In this document: one piece after another, positions 1-13,956 of the stretch
How positions within the stretch are numbered: the stretch's first letter is position 1
Layout of the letters: each line of letters begins with the position of its first letter
Assembly: GCA_010405405.1 (NCBI GenBank)
Contig: MU004244.1
Coordinates: forward strand, 933,895-997,894
DNA length: 64,000 nucleotides
Direction of reading: 5' to 3'
DNA from: Microthyrium microscopicum
Lineage: Eukaryota
The notes under the pieces: generated by a model
What the model was told of the DNA's origin: nothing
The model's input: only the letters and a program-made list of their open reading frames with translations
Databases searched by the model: none
Translations under genes and position numbers: made by a program

Positions 1-2224
1 CAAATGAACTGGATCTACTTTGCCCTTGGATAATCTCGTTTCGCGATGGAGTTGGATTGCGTTTTTGTTATTGTTCTTTGGCCCTTATTCATCTTGCCGG
101 GTCGGATTGCGCTCCTTCACCTCGACTTTGGATTTCATCATCGGCGACAATACCTTTAGACGTAATATTTCCTCTTTTGCCGGACCAGATTCTGCTTTTG
201 TTGTTTCGGTTTTGGATTTTATCAACAGCACTTATACGTTTACCACCGATTATTCCTCTACGACGGCTTGACGTTTCCTGGACGAAAACTCCTGGAACAT
301 TGTCACTAGCGATTCCATCACGGCGCTGGAATGCCGTTCGTACGCTGGACGGTTTTTTGTCTTCCATGGCGAGTTTTATGCCTTTGGAAGTTTATACGAT
401 AGTCTTTTGCATTCACGGACGACAGTAATGAAAGTGCTTTTACACAGTTTTGACAATTTTTTGGTTTCTTGTTTCCACAGTTGCTTCCAGCCTGGACTTT
501 TGCAGCAACAACCAATTGGATGGTCCATACACTACGCGCAGCCTCATTTCAAAATATCCATTTGGTATTAATGTCTGATGACATACGTATTACCGGTCAA
601 GACAAGGCGAGGGGGATTGATAATATGCATATCTACGTGTACCGTCACTTGTCGTACGGCGTTAAATCCATAGACTTCATTTGAGCGGTACAGCTACCAC
701 GTTACTGATATTCGCCTTGTCGTTCTTGCTGGACCTGACAATGACTTCAGTAGCCAGAATTGGTCACTTACATAGTTTTCCCTCTGTCGGGCATCGAGTG
801 ACTATCACTGAACACGTCAAGCTGACTGTGCTCATCATCTGCTTGGCTGATATGCTGTTCATTGGTCCCACGACATGGCTTCCAGTTTTTATACTTCTAC
901 ATAGATCTGTATTCGAGCTATCCTGGCAAACCACTACCAGTAAGTTGTTGGGTAACGATTCAGTTAGGAACAACAGCCCGATGCCTACCTTTGAAACAGA
1001 AACGGGTTGGCCCATGGTTGGTCAAGAGAAATAGAAAATGATCCAATGACTTCAGATTCTCAACGAACTCGATCTTGTGCCTGAAATCAATAAAGGTTGA
1101 TTTTGATGGCTTGGTGGGGTTGGTTGAGGCAATCCATCCACGTTGTTGATGTTTCATGTCTCAACTTCAACTCTTCAATCCTCACTGTTGTGCCTACCAC
1201 CCGTGTGTCTGTTTTCGTGTATCACTGCCTTTTGCATCTTAAGCTGCCAAAGCTAATCAACTCCTTACCGGCCAACACGACCATGAACTATCCGGCAGAA
1301 GTATAGGCATGCTGTACCCATTGTGCGAACTACACGGACCAAAGCATGTTGTGCTCCACACAGATTGAACCGCAGAATTCAAAATGCCCAGGAAATTCGC
1401 CATTGGGCTCCTGATAGACAAAAATGGCGCAGGAACACAACAGACCCAATGAGCGGCATCGCTTGTGCATAATGTCCCCATCCGCCCTGGTGTTGAAATC
1501 CTGACGTGGCTCCAATGGCTCTCTGCAGGGCAAGTCGGCATTCGGCACCTGCGGCTCTCTCCCAATTATTGCTGCCACCCACTCAACTTTTGCCTCGTTT
1601 TGTGACTCTATCCCAGCTCAATTGTCCGGCAAATCTTGGGGAAACCCTGGAGTTGATGTGCCCGAATCCAACAAGGATCACAACCTCCTCGGACTTTTGC
1701 CAACGCTTCAAGGTTGACCTGTCGACGAAGTTTTTCTCTCTAAAGTTACGCCCAATCTAGGCAGTCGAGTCCTGCCATCTCTAGCCATCTAACTGACGAA
1801 AAGAGTCTCTCTACTTTGGGACAATCCTTGAGGTTTCTTGCTAGTTATCACCCGAAGCATGAGCTGTCTCTCTGCCACAAAGTGTGCCATGAAATGTGTT
1901 GAATCTGCACTGGTTGCTCCCCCATTGTCTGACGACTTGAACCCAACCCAATTCGCTGGTCCAAGTAGACAACTAGGTCTGTCTTTTCCTAATTGATAGG
2001 CGCCCGCATCACATCTGCCGCCATTGTACTTCTTCAAGTGATTGCAACATTCCAATCGAGATCAAGCAAAGAAGAAAATCCCTCTGCACCTCCACGGCCT
2101 TCGTTCCAGCCAACCCCTTCCACGGTCCGCAACACAACCTACCCCCCTGTCATGATCACGTTGCCTCCGAGTTTGCTTCGTCGCATAACCGGGCTCATAG
2201 AATAGATTATTCTTGAAAGGTTTA

Positions 2225-5200
2225 ATGGGCTTGTGGGACTTTATCCGTCAAGATCCCGCCACATACGCCAAAAAGGCTTCTATCAAACGCTGGGTCAACA
2301 ACATTGAATTTCCTGAACATCACGACCTCGAAGAACTACCATTTACTGATCCGGAGTTTGACTACGAATTACCACGCGATCGTGATTCTGGTGACGAAGA
2401 CGAATTATTTCAACAACCGGACGAGAGTCAAATTGAACACTATAAAGCCCCAGGACCGGACCTAGCGGGTCAATTTCTTGACCCGCCTGAACCCACTCAC
2501 ACTGCCGAACCTGTTGTGCGATATACGCCAATGTCACAGCAAGGCGGTTTTGACTACGGCCAATTTCAGGTTTCCTATACTCAATGGGCAGATCCATTCA
2601 GTAGTGGCGGAGTTCGAGAGTCTGCACCATTGCAGGTGAAAACCTCACCATATGCAGCACTAGGAGCGTCAGGCGATGGAGGCGGGTATAGCAGAGTACT
2701 TCCACAATATAAAATCTCTGTCCCAGGTGTGTCGGGATATGAAGATAGTTCTGAAGAAGACGAGGATGATGACGAAGATGACGATGATGGTACAATACCC
2801 AGCTTACCCGCAGAAACTCAGGATCTAACTGTGTCTATAGAAACCGGTACGGGCGATGCCACAGCAAGTGGATCGGGGGTAAGCAGTACATCACTGTCGC
2901 ATAACTCGTCGCTAACAGGCCTAGGGTGTCCCTCCATTCGCTCTACAACCTCCTCCGGGCATGCAGTCACAGTGGTTAAACGCAACGCCAGGCTCACCTT
3001 TGTACGGGATTCCCGAGGCACCAGACGCCCCGCCCCAGGACGGATCTGTGTCTTCTCCCTCTTTGTCAGCGCATACGAAAGGCTCAAAGGCAAAGAAGAA
3101 GACCAAGAAGCAAGAACGAGAGGAGAAAAAGGCAAGAGAGCGCGAGGAGAAGGAGGAAAAGGCAAAGGAAAAGAAACCAAAGGGGAAAAGTAAACCGGGT
3201 CCACTTTCGCTTTTGATGCATCCTCCGACTCCTAAGAAGGGCTCGAAAAAGTCGAAGAAGGATAAGGGTGAAGATACACCGGTTGCTGAGACGCCTGAGC
3301 CGAAAACTCCCAAGGCTGGAATACTTAAAAAGGGGAAGAAGAATAAGGCTGAGAAGAAGGATTCGGTGGATGACGATATACCCCCTCCGCCACCTCCACC
3401 ACCGGCTCCTCCAGCGCCTGAAGTTCCAGAGGCTCCTGAAGTTCCCGAAGTTTCTGAAGCTCCAGAGGCACCCGAAGCTCCAGAATCTGCTGAGGCAGAT
3501 GTACCACCACCACCTCCTCCGCCCCCAGCAGATGAGCCAGTGGCGAAGGAGGCCGAACAAGAGGACGCACCCCCTCCACCACCTCCTCCACCTCCTGCCC
3601 CAGAGGACGAAGGAAGCGAAGAAACTGCTGAATCCGAAGCACCGACTGACGCAACATCACCTCCACCACCTCCACCACCTCCACCACCGGCACCCGCAGA
3701 TGAAACGCTAGCATTGGCAGAGGAAGCGGAACAAGATAGCGAGCCTCCACCGCCTCCACCTCCACCAGCAGCAGAAGACGCACTTGCTGAAGCGGGTGCT
3801 GACGATGAGGCTAGTGAGACAGTAGCCGAGACTGAATCAGAAGCGGCAAGCGATGAATCACCACCACCTCCGCCCCCTGCCCCTCCTGCCCCTGTGGAAG
3901 ATGAGGCTGAGGCTGAAGATGAGGTTGCAGAGGCTGAAAGTGAGGTTGATAGCGAGTCTCCACCGCCTCCCCCACCAGCAGAAGACGAAAGTGCTGAAGC
4001 TGCTGTTGACGATGAGGCTAGTGAATCAGTAGTCCAGGCCGAGTCTGAAGCAGCCAGTGATGAACCACCACCACCACCACCACCACCTCCTCCTCCTCCT
4101 CCGCCTCCAGCAGAAGACGACGCCGAGGATGAAGCCGCGGATGTTGAAAGCGAGGCTGTTGGTGAAGCTGAACCTTCACCGCCACCACCGCCGCCTGCTC
4201 CCGTGGAAGATGAGGCTGCAGATGAGGCCCCAAAAGATGAAAGCGAGATAGCTACGGAGGCACCACCTCCACCACCACCTCCGCCTGTAGAAGAGGTAGT
4301 TGAGGACGACGATGATCCGATTGTCGAAATTGTGGAAATGCCCAAGAAATCCAAAAAAGGAAAGAAGGGTAAAAAAGGCAAGAAGAGCAAGGCTGTAGAG
4401 GGGGCTGAAACAGAAGTCATAGAGCCACCTGCAGAACCAGAACCTAGTGAGCCGATTGTTGAGAATGCAGTCGAGGAACTAGAACCATCTCTCGTGGATG
4501 AGTTTGTTGCAGAAGAAGAGAAAAGCGAGGAAGCACCTGCCGAACCAGAAGTGAATGCTGAGCAAGCAACAGAACCTGAGGAGGCAGAAGATGCACTACC
4601 GCCTCCTCCATCACCACCTGTTGAAGAAGAAGCTGCCCCAGAGCCTGCAGCAGAAGACACGGCGCCAGAAGAAGCTGCTCCAGAGCCTGCCCCAGAGCCT
4701 GCAGCAGAAGACACAGCGCCAGAAGAGGACGCTCCAGCAGATGTAGAACCACCACCACCACCACCACCACCACCACCACCCGAGCCTCCCGCCGCCGAGG
4801 AAGAACCCATTGACGAACCCGAGCGACCTTCGACACCCGTCCAAGATGATGGCAACGACATGAGCCCACCCGCCTCACCATCCGCCACCAAATCCGTCTC
4901 ATTTGATCCTGCCGTTCTAGACCCGAAGGGCGGCAAACTCGGCAAAAAGGATAAGCGTAGCTACAAAAAGAAAGCTGCCGAAGAGGCTGCCAAAAAAGCC
5001 AAAGAAGACGCTAAGAAAGCTGCCAAAAGCGAAAAGACTGCCGACAAACTTGGTACACCGCGAAAGAATAAAAAGGGCCAAATTGAATTGGTTACTAGAG
5101 CGGGTAAAAAGAGCTCGAAGAAGGGGAAGAAAGGCTCGAAAGCGGTGGGTGAGCCTGAAGATGACGGTTCTCCTGAACCAACTCCTGCTGAGGAGGCGAG

Positions 5201-8200
5201 TGATCCGATGGATCAGGCATCTGAAGAGCCTGATGATGCCGCGGCTGAAGCAGAGGCTCTAGATGATCCAGTAGAAGAACCGACAGTAGAGAAAGAGGCA
5301 GCCGTGGTTGCTCCAGAAGAGCCGGCAGCAGAAGAGCCGGCAGTAGAGGACCCAGTAGCTGATCAGCCAGATACTGGCCCTGCTGTGGAAGAATCTACTG
5401 TGGACGAATCTACTGTGGACGAATCTACTGTGGACGAATCTGCTGTGGAAGAATCTGCTGTGGAAGAATCTGCTGTGGACGAATCTGCTGTGGAAGAACC
5501 TGCTCCTGAAGACTCTGCCCCTGAAGAACCTGCCCCTAAAGAACCTGCCCCTGAAGAACCTGCCCCTGAAGAACCTGCCCCTGAAGAACCTGCCCCTGAA
5601 GAACCTGCCACAGAGAGACTCGTGGTAGAAGAACTCGCAGCAGAAAAACCCGCAGCAGAAGAACCCACAGCAGAAGAGCCCGCAGCAGAAGAACCCGCAG
5701 CAGAAGAACCCGCAGCAAAAGAACCTGCTGTTGAAGCATTTGCAGCACCAGAGTCGGGTGAGAGCGCCGAAGCCGAGGATTCTGGCCTAGAACTACCACC
5801 CCCAACGCCCACCGAGTCAGAGGCACCACATGACGATGCTCCTGAAGACGTTCAAGACGCAGGCTCACCTCAACTTCCTCCACCTACACCGCCATCGCCT
5901 ATTGAAAGTGAGGCCGTAGCTCTGGACGCAGATGCAGTCTCAGAGAAGCTTTCAGAAACCGCGGACGCCCCAGTTCTGGAAGAGCAAGAAACTGACGAGC
6001 CGGCTGTAGAGGCCGAGACCATCAAAGAAGAGTCTACAGATGACGATCCACCACCACTTCCGGCCTCAGCTCCTGAGGCAGATTCAAGCAGTGATCCACC
6101 AGCAGAGCCAGAAACCGAAAAGGCAGAAGTCCAAGAGGCTCAAGCAGCAGCACCAGCAGAGCCAGAAACCGAAAAGGCAGAAGTCCAAGAGGCTCAAGCA
6201 GCAGAAGACTCGCCACCCCCTGCTGACGCCACTCCTGAATTGCCGCCAAGCCCAGTGGCTGAAGAAGTAACCGTTGAAGAGCCAGCGGAGCCGGAACCGC
6301 CTGAGATTAATGAAGAGGCTGAAGATAACCCTGCCTCCGAGGGCCAGAGCGCGGAGCCGGAAGCCGAGGCTCAATCGCAAACAGAAGTGGAAGATGCCCC
6401 TGTTGAAGCCCTTGCTGAAGACGGATCGGAAAAAGACGCAACCGATCAGGATAGCAACGACATCCCTGCGGGCGATACCGTCGAGCAAGATGAAGAAAAT
6501 GAAGAAGATCCTTGCCCTGTCGACGACAACCCACCTGCGGACGACCTGAGTAGAGCAATGGAAGAAGATCACGGCGAGACTGAAGCCGATGATGCGAAGG
6601 AATCGGAAGAACAACATGCTGATGAACCAGCCGGAGAAGAATCTGCCGCTCCAGCTGTGGGAGCTCCAGCAGAAGAAACTACTGCCACACAAGCTCTTGA
6701 TGAGGAAGAAATTGTCGACGTTGATGATACACCCAGCGCTGAAGCCGAAGATCATGCTGAGCCTGCTGAGCCTGTTGAGCCTGCTGAGTCATCGGAAATC
6801 GCAGAATCTGCTGAAGAAATTGCAGAGACCGATAATGCTGCCAGTTCCTCAAAGGAGGCAGAGCTAGCCTCGGCTATCCCAGAAGCTGACACTGAAGATG
6901 CCCCCCCTGAAGCTGAGCCATCTGAAGATTCAGCTGTAGCGGAGAGCGCTGAGGCTTCCAAAGACTTCGGTAGTGAAGGCGACAACGAAACTGTCAACGA
7001 CAAGGCTGAAGCTGATCTTGGCGATACTTTGGAAGAGGTCGAAGAGACCGAAGTCTCAACAGAAGCGCGTGATGCGGTCGAAGAGCCAGAAGCTGCTGAA
7101 GAAGTGGACGAGATACCTCCACCTCCACCACCCCCTCCACTTGCTAATGAGGAGCCGGAGCCAGCCCAAGAACCTGAACCGACCAAGGAAATAGCAGAGC
7201 CAGAGTTAGCGGCCGCTTCTGCAATTGATGCCGGTGAAGAAGAGCCGGAAGAGCCCATTCCTGAGCCAGAGCCCTTAGAGGAAACGGAGCCCGAGGAGGC
7301 CGCACCCAGTGAACCCGTTGTGATGCCTGGTGATGAGCCCACAAGTGAACCTCCAGCCGATACAGAGGATCCAACAGAACCGCCAACAGAAGAATCAGTG
7401 GCCGAAGCACCCGCTGAGGATGACCCTGTTGAGCCAACTGAGGCACCCGCTGATACACAAGAGGCTAGTGATGCTCTTCCAGAGGCCCCTGAACCCCCTC
7501 CAGCGCCTTCAGCGGATGATGCCGAGGTGGCTTCGGAAGCTGGGGACAATGGCGAAACTTTGGAAGAAGAAGGAGAAGAAGAAGAAGAAGGAATACCGCC
7601 TCCACCACCACCACCCGTAGAAGATAATGTGCCTAAAGAGGATGAAGATATCCCAGAACCAGCCACTGTGGACGAAGAAGTGCCAGCTGCGGATGGGGGT
7701 GATGTTGCTGAGCCAGCAGAGGCAGTTGCTGGTGAAGAGTCACCCGCAGAAGGAGTAACTGCGGATGAACCTTCACCAGACGAACCTGCCGTACAAAAGG
7801 ATGCTGATGTTGAACCTGAACCTGAACCTGAACCTGAAATCCAACCTGCCCCTGAACCTGAACCAGCCATGGAAACATCCGAACCAGCCATAGAACCCGC
7901 TCCGACCCCGCCGTCGGCTGAGGACGCGCCGCCTTCAGAAGAGAGAGCTATCAGTCCTCTATCAGCCGAAGATTCCCCTGAAGCCGAAAACGAAGTGACT
8001 CCTGAAGTGGCCACAGATGCGACCCCTGAAGCGATCCCTGAAGCAACTCCAGAAGCGACTCCAGAAGAAGCTGAGAAGGAGATGGCAGATGATGGGAATG
8101 CTGAGGATTTGCCTCCTCTAGCTGCTGGTGTAACACCAACAGCTGAGAAACCAGCACATCGCCGGCGTAGACACTCTCACCGTTCCGATCCGTCTAGTCC

Positions 8201-9746
8201 ACGGGAGAACCGCGATCGTCCTCGGCGCCGTGATACTCTTGTTGAGGCCCCTGATAAACGTCAAAGCACTGGTCTATTCGGCCTAGGCATCTTCGGAAGC
8301 TCCAACAGTCGGCCCAAGGAGAAAGAGAAGGCCCGTGAATTAAAAGCTCGTGAGACTACCAAAAGAAAAGAACCTTCGGCGTTACCAAGCAAAATACTAA
8401 CACCAGCTGAAGAGGAAGAACAACGTAAGAGGCGTGAGGCACGCAGAAAGGAAGAGCGCCGAAAGCGTGAAGGGGATAAACCAAAGAGTGAGTCTAGCAC
8501 CACCAAGCCTATTGAGGAAACGCCAGAAGCTCGTCCTAGCACGAAAGATGAGGCGAAGGAAAAGAAAAAAGCTGACGCTGAACGAACAGCGTATGAACGT
8601 GGAGAGGCTCGTCGCCTTGAAGTTGAGAAGGATGCGGAGCAGATCAAGAAACGTAGCCAGCGGGACGACAACGACAAGCCGACCGAGTCCGATTCTAAGC
8701 CATCAGAGAAAGACCTGTTAAGGAAAAAGCGCGCCGAACGAGAATCTGCACGACGAGCGGCTGAAGAAGAGGACCAGGAAGGTGTTCGCACCAAGTCTGA
8801 CAAACCAAAAGATTCCTCTCCAGCTCCCAAGCCACTCAAAGAAACAGGACGGCGCCATACTACACGAGATCTCAAGAATGATGGTCTTCCTCCCAAGAAG
8901 CCTGGACTTAGTAGGTCTGCGACTCTTGCTACACCCACCAAGTCCACTAGTCTACTCGGCAAATTATTTGGTCGCAATGACACTCCGCCCATGCCGGTCC
9001 GATCTTCTAGCCGAAGAGAAGTCCCTCGTGCCACAGAGAAAGCTGCAGTCAGATCGCCAAGCCAGGAAGCAGCTCGGCGTGAAAGGAAACGCGAGCGCGC
9101 ACTCAAGGATCTGGAGGCAGGCGAAGGATCGTCAGCCGAAAAGAAGTCATCCAAAAGTGGTTCTGAGGGCGACAAAGAATCCAGGAAAGCAACGCCAATC
9201 CCAGAATCGACCCTAAAGGAAGTGCCTGAAAAGACTGCAAAGACTGCAAAGGAATCTCCGACCGTCAAACCGAAAGATCGACCAACATCCCGCCGAATCG
9301 AAAGTGAACGTACTCACAGACGTAGCCCTCGAGTTGAGACTGAGCTGCCACGATCCAGTAGACGAGACCCCGCCAAGACTGATTCGCGACGAGAGCGAGA
9401 ACCTCCGCGTGATGAGCTCGATGATCGTCCCCTTCGACATCACCAGCACCGACAACATCGAGACCGTGAGCCCACAAAGGAGAAAACTAGAGAGCGAGAA
9501 AACCGCCGAGAAGGTAGCGGTGCAGAGAAAGATAGCAAAGGAAAGGAGAGAGACACCCCTCCTTCCAGCAAGCCAGTGACACCCCGTGCCTCCGAAAAGG
9601 AGCGCGAACGACGTCGTCGGGATAGAGATGACCCCGAGCGCGAACGCAGACGGGAGAGAGATTCTCGAACACCACGGGTTCGAGACAAGTCCCCAAAGAA
9701 GAGCGGAGGACTGTTTTCCTCATTCAAACGAACGATGACGAGCTGA
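2225..9746 (+). CDS. Very large (~2,490 aa) Pro/Glu-rich low-complexity protein; exons 2225-2878 and 2925-9746
   Basis: ORF 2213-3193 and ORF 2961-9746 join in frame through a 46-nt phase-0 intron 2879-2924 (GTAAGC...GCTAAC...TAG). The product has poly-Pro runs, EEPA(P/A) repeats and a Lys/Arg-rich C-terminus; no recognisable folded domain. Confidence 0.8.
5380..5730 (+). repeat. Coding 15-bp tandem repeat array (VDEST/VEESA/PEEPA/AEEPA units)
   Basis: Repeated units such as ctgtggacgaatcta, cctgaagaacctgcc and gcagaagaacccgca are visible directly. Confidence 0.85.
6097..6204 (+). repeat. Exact 54-bp in-frame tandem duplication (PAEPETEKAEVQEAQAA)
   Basis: caccagcagagccagaaaccgaaaaggcagaagtccaagaggctcaagcagcag occurs at 6097 and again at 6151. 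Confidence 0.85.
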
Positions 9747-10020
9747 TGAACGAATGAGATATGATGAACGAGCTGCATTGCATCAAATACATCATGACAC
9801 GACCTATGCATTGCGATGGCGCGGGTTTTTGCTGTTTTTATTACTATGTATACCTTCCCCTTTTCAGCCCTTCGCTTGTATTGTTAAATTGATGTTCTAG
9901 AATCGGTTGTACTATACCTTCATGCTCAAGATATATTGCTCTTAGGTCTAAACGGCCATTAATAAGTGTACAAACTCGCGCCTACATGCTATAAAGCAAA
10001 TTCATTTTATGTATAAGGTA

Positions 10021-10420
10021 AAATTCCCCCGAGCAATACCACATTTCTTCACGACATTCAGACAAACCATAAACACCGCGTTTGCCCAACGCACTCGATG
10101 GCTACCAGAAGAGGCTTTTCTTATGAAGTGCTAAGGGTGCCATCGACTACGATGAGGAATAAGACATTTTGCGGTGTTAGAATGATCATTTCGTCTCAAG
10201 GAATCCTCCGCGCAAAACCACATTACTTGACGACATTCGCTAGAACCAAAACGATCATATTTCCCAGCACACTTGATGGCTACAATAGAATGTGAAAAGC
10301 GTTCTATGATTTCACCTAGAGAAGACCATTTGGTCATTTTCTGCCATGATTTTTGACGTTACCTGTTTGAATCAAAACGTCGTCTCTCCCATCACATTCG
10401 ATGGCTCTCATAGAAGGTGT
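10021..10420. repeat. Degenerate tandem/inverted copies of a dispersed repeat family (core CCCAnCrCACTyGATGGCTAC)
   Basis: Units begin near 10025, 10204 and 10385, with an inverted arm at ~10139-10204. 10204-10340 aligns without gaps to 22454-22590 (~104/137 identical by manual count). Confidence 0.7.
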
Positions 10421-10968
10421 TGACTATTCGAATGCTATGGATCATAACGAACACGATGGGTCTATGGGTAAGTGTTTACCGCTGAAATACCAAATGATGA
10501 ACAAACAACAAGATGGTAGTTAGATATTGAGGTCGCTATCAGTATGCCTGATACCGACACGACACCTGCAACATATCTCATATGAGAACAAGATATGCCG
10601 CGGTTTTTGATTGACTGAATCTGGAGTAATTCGGGTGTTGTAATAGGATCGGCACAACCTACAGAAACAAATGTGCTGGCAAGAGAGCATTTGCCCACCC
10701 AGATATCTAACTGATCCTGTAAGCATCAAGGTTAGCTGGCAGGCTGGTTGGCTGGTTAGCTTCGCAACGTGATGGCAAACCATGGTTGAGATCATGTCAC
10801 CGTACCATTACATGATGAAGCATGCCTGGCTTTTTCCTACTAAAACTCACTGGAGCATAATTTCTATCAGCTACATTGTACTCTTCTAGAATCACTCAGT
10901 TTCAACACCACCGCACGATTATCAGGCAGTCCACAAATACGTTCGTTCCCACTAACCTGTCCACTGAT

Positions 10969-11620
10969 ATGGAAACCCAAGGCTCCACTGCACCTCCTCC
11001 CTACGAAGATCCGCTGTGTTTTCACTGTGGCGAAATATGTCCGTGTTCTACACAACCGGTGCGACTGCAGATGTCAGGCGTCTCAAATGGCCGTGCAGTC
11101 TCGCCCAGGCCAGAGACTGCGACCTCGTCTGAGAAAGAAGCGAGTTTGACTGTACAAGATATTTTCCAACAAGCGGAAGAGAAATGCCGGCCAGAATTCC
11201 GCAAGTGGGAGCGTCAATGGCTTTATCAAGGAGCTAAATTTGATGAACAGTATAAAGACTGCAGTTTTTATAAAGAATTCAAATTGTGGCAGGCGCTTTG
11301 GCACAAGGTCGATATTGGCCAAAGAGTGGCCCAGGATCCGTTTAGACTGCACCAGGTATGTGTCTAGTTGAGGTTGTTAGTCACTGTGTCAAGGATCAAA
11401 TACTAATGTCTGGTAGTATATGTATATGGCCGGTTCCAATGACGGGAGAGGCACATGCTGGCACTGGAGAGCTAGCAAGAAACCAGAAAGTCCTTTCTTT
11501 CAAGAGTGGGAAGAATGGGTGGCTGTCTTACGACTGAAAGGATTCGAAGCAGTCCATGCCATAGAATATATGACGAAAACTCGCCCTGCCTTTTCACGAA
11601 CATGGGAGGCTTGTGTATAG
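10969..11620 (+). CDS. Hypothetical protein (~196 aa); exons 10969-11355 and 11417-11620
   Basis: Two ORFs join in frame via intron 11356-11416 (GTATGT...TACTAAT...TAG). N-terminal PPPY and a CxxC-x3-CxC cluster. Confidence 0.55.
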
Positions 11621-13749
11621 TAGGGAATAGGGAATATGGTGGGTGGCATCAAGATATAACAAACCAGGAACAATGAAGTGGAGACACGCTCTTGACAACT
11701 CTGGCTGTAGCTCCTGCCTTGAGAAGTACTGGGGACTAGTAACTACTACAGTCAGTACATACTACATGGGAAAGTACTACCCCCCTGAAGAGGCAGTGAC
11801 GATACAGAATGTTCCCGGATGTAGAAGGAGACAATTAAAGATGGGAAAGTGCCATATACGCAGCCCACATGTGTTACCTCTGTTTTATTAATTTATTTTC
11901 TCTTCTTCTTCTTCTTCTTTCTCTTTTTCTCCAAGTAACGTCAATTGTGAGTAATGCGCTTGATACTATCTTGAAGTTGTGTTAACTTATACAGTAAAGC
12001 TCTTAGACATGTTCACAGAATACGCCACCAACAACACCGCCCTCGCCGAACTCATCTCTCTCCATCGCAAGCTCCTCTCTTCCAATGAGGAATTGCTTGC
12101 TGCCATTAAAGGCATAAGTATGTACCGCCTTCTTTCTTTCTACCCTTCAAAGCAATGGGGCAACAACACTGTCCACGCTTACGGCAGTTGCTGTGTACTG
12201 TGCGTGCGTGCCTCATGGAAGACTGCTTCGTTTGCCAATGCATCTCTCGCATGAAGAATGAGGCAGCTTCGAATTCCTACGACGACTGCGATGGTAGCAT
12301 TATATGGTCAAGGAAATCCGTTGCTATTCCGATTCTTGGCCTCCAATTCGCTCTCCGATTCTCTCTTTCCCGATTAAGTACATACTAATTGCTATATAAG
12401 GTTCTATTCGACAAATCCTCGAACAAATCGGGGTCGGCCTTGCTATTTTGGCCATTCGTGGAGTCTGGAAAGGGCTCATCAAAGAGGGAGGATGGGGTGG
12501 GGGGGTGTGATTTTGGGAGCGATTTGGGTAGGGGTGAAGTGGTGTGGAAAAGGACTTTGTAAGTTTCTCCATCCTCCTTGCCCAATTCCAACTTCATGAT
12601 ACGTTCCCACGGCATTCGATAGCAGACATCGCCCTTGATTGATGGCTTGCATCACAGTTGAAGGCATCTGTTATGTTTGATGATTCATATTGCACCTCTC
12701 TGGCAACTATCACATAGGATGACCCAGACCCAAACTGGTGATTACCAACATATCTGATGCCTCACATCGCACTTGAAAGATCCCAAGAACTTGACGTCTC
12801 CCATCGGGCTTGATGGCGCCCATAGCATTCGATAAAAAGCTAATACTTCATAGGTAGTTGGATTGCGGGTGTCTTCCGAGATTTCGTGAAAGCGGTCGAC
12901 AACTGGATGGCCAACTCGTGGTACAAGAGAAGGGTGGATACCATACCGCTGACCTCGGTCACAATCCAACCTGAACGCGTGCCATACGAGTTGGCCATCC
13001 AGGCGCGCCCTCTACCACCACCAGGTAAGCTCTTCCCGAATGGCGTTTCATCAATTGCTGGGTCCCATATCCAATGCGATGGCTCCGGTCTGATGGAATC
13101 GACCCTCAAACGATATTGAAAATATTTTGACAAGTAATGCTATCGCATTCGAGATACTTGCTTGAGCTATCACATCGGATTTCATGGATCCCATCGCATT
13201 CAATAACTTTGAAACCAGTTTTGTGGAATCTTATACTGACATTTTTCAGCTCCTCAACGCCCAGCACCGGCTCCACCAGCACCACCACTACCACCACTAC
13301 CACTAGAGGAGGAGGAGGAGATGACGACGATGATAATAGAGAGCTTCGCTTGCGAACAGTTTATAGACACAGTCTTTAACTCGATATTGATAATACAATT
13401 GTATCATATACGTACAAACCTAATACCTACACCTCAACGCTAGTGCTAGGTTAGATCAATATAGTAACGGTAGATAATCCATTAGGTAACAGTAGCTAAG
13501 GCTACCTAAGATCTCGCTAAGGCCACTTCAGAATTAGCTAAGGCCAGTTAACAACAGCCATATAAAATCACTCCTAGTGAATGCTCTCTTAGCCAACACG
13601 AGGCAGGAGCAACTATTTAGTAAAGTTCACGTATTAGAAAACTCGATATTTGCCTTATCTCAAAATGATTATGGATACATGAAGAGTGTCCAAATTGAAT
13701 CACAACATTGCTTCCACAGTGATGCTGGAAACCAACTTTCTCTATACCC

Positions 13750-13956
13750 AGATTCAAAAAGTGGTTGCGCGACCCTCCCTCCCAGATCTCCGCCACCCAC
13801 ACGCAGAAAAGCCTATGAAATCCAGTATCTGGAACGCTAAATCGATGATACAATCATCAATGACCGAAATTGTAGGCTCTTCTGTCTATGATTGGTGGAA
13901 TACTGGTAAAACCAACATTTAGGGGAGAGAGGGTCGCGCAACCACTTTTTGAATCT
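13750..13956. mobile_element. MITE-like 207-bp element with 34-bp terminal inverted repeats
   Basis: agattcaaaaagtggttgcgcgaccctccctccc (13750-13783) is the reverse complement of 13923-13956 with one mismatch. No clear TSD. Confidence 0.6.

Noticed and set aside
1..2055. Many short ORFs on both strands
   Set aside because: No recognisable motifs and no consistent splice chain; possibly a decayed gene but unsupported.
2921..9268. Long minus-strand Gly/Ser-rich ORFs (674, 420, 335 aa)
   Set aside because: Antisense shadows of the Pro/Glu-rich gene caused by repetitive codon use.
11979..13379. Overlapping ORFs and a PAPPLPPLPLEEEEE-like tract at ~13260-13320
   Set aside because: No coherent gene model; similarity to the giant protein is only low-complexity.
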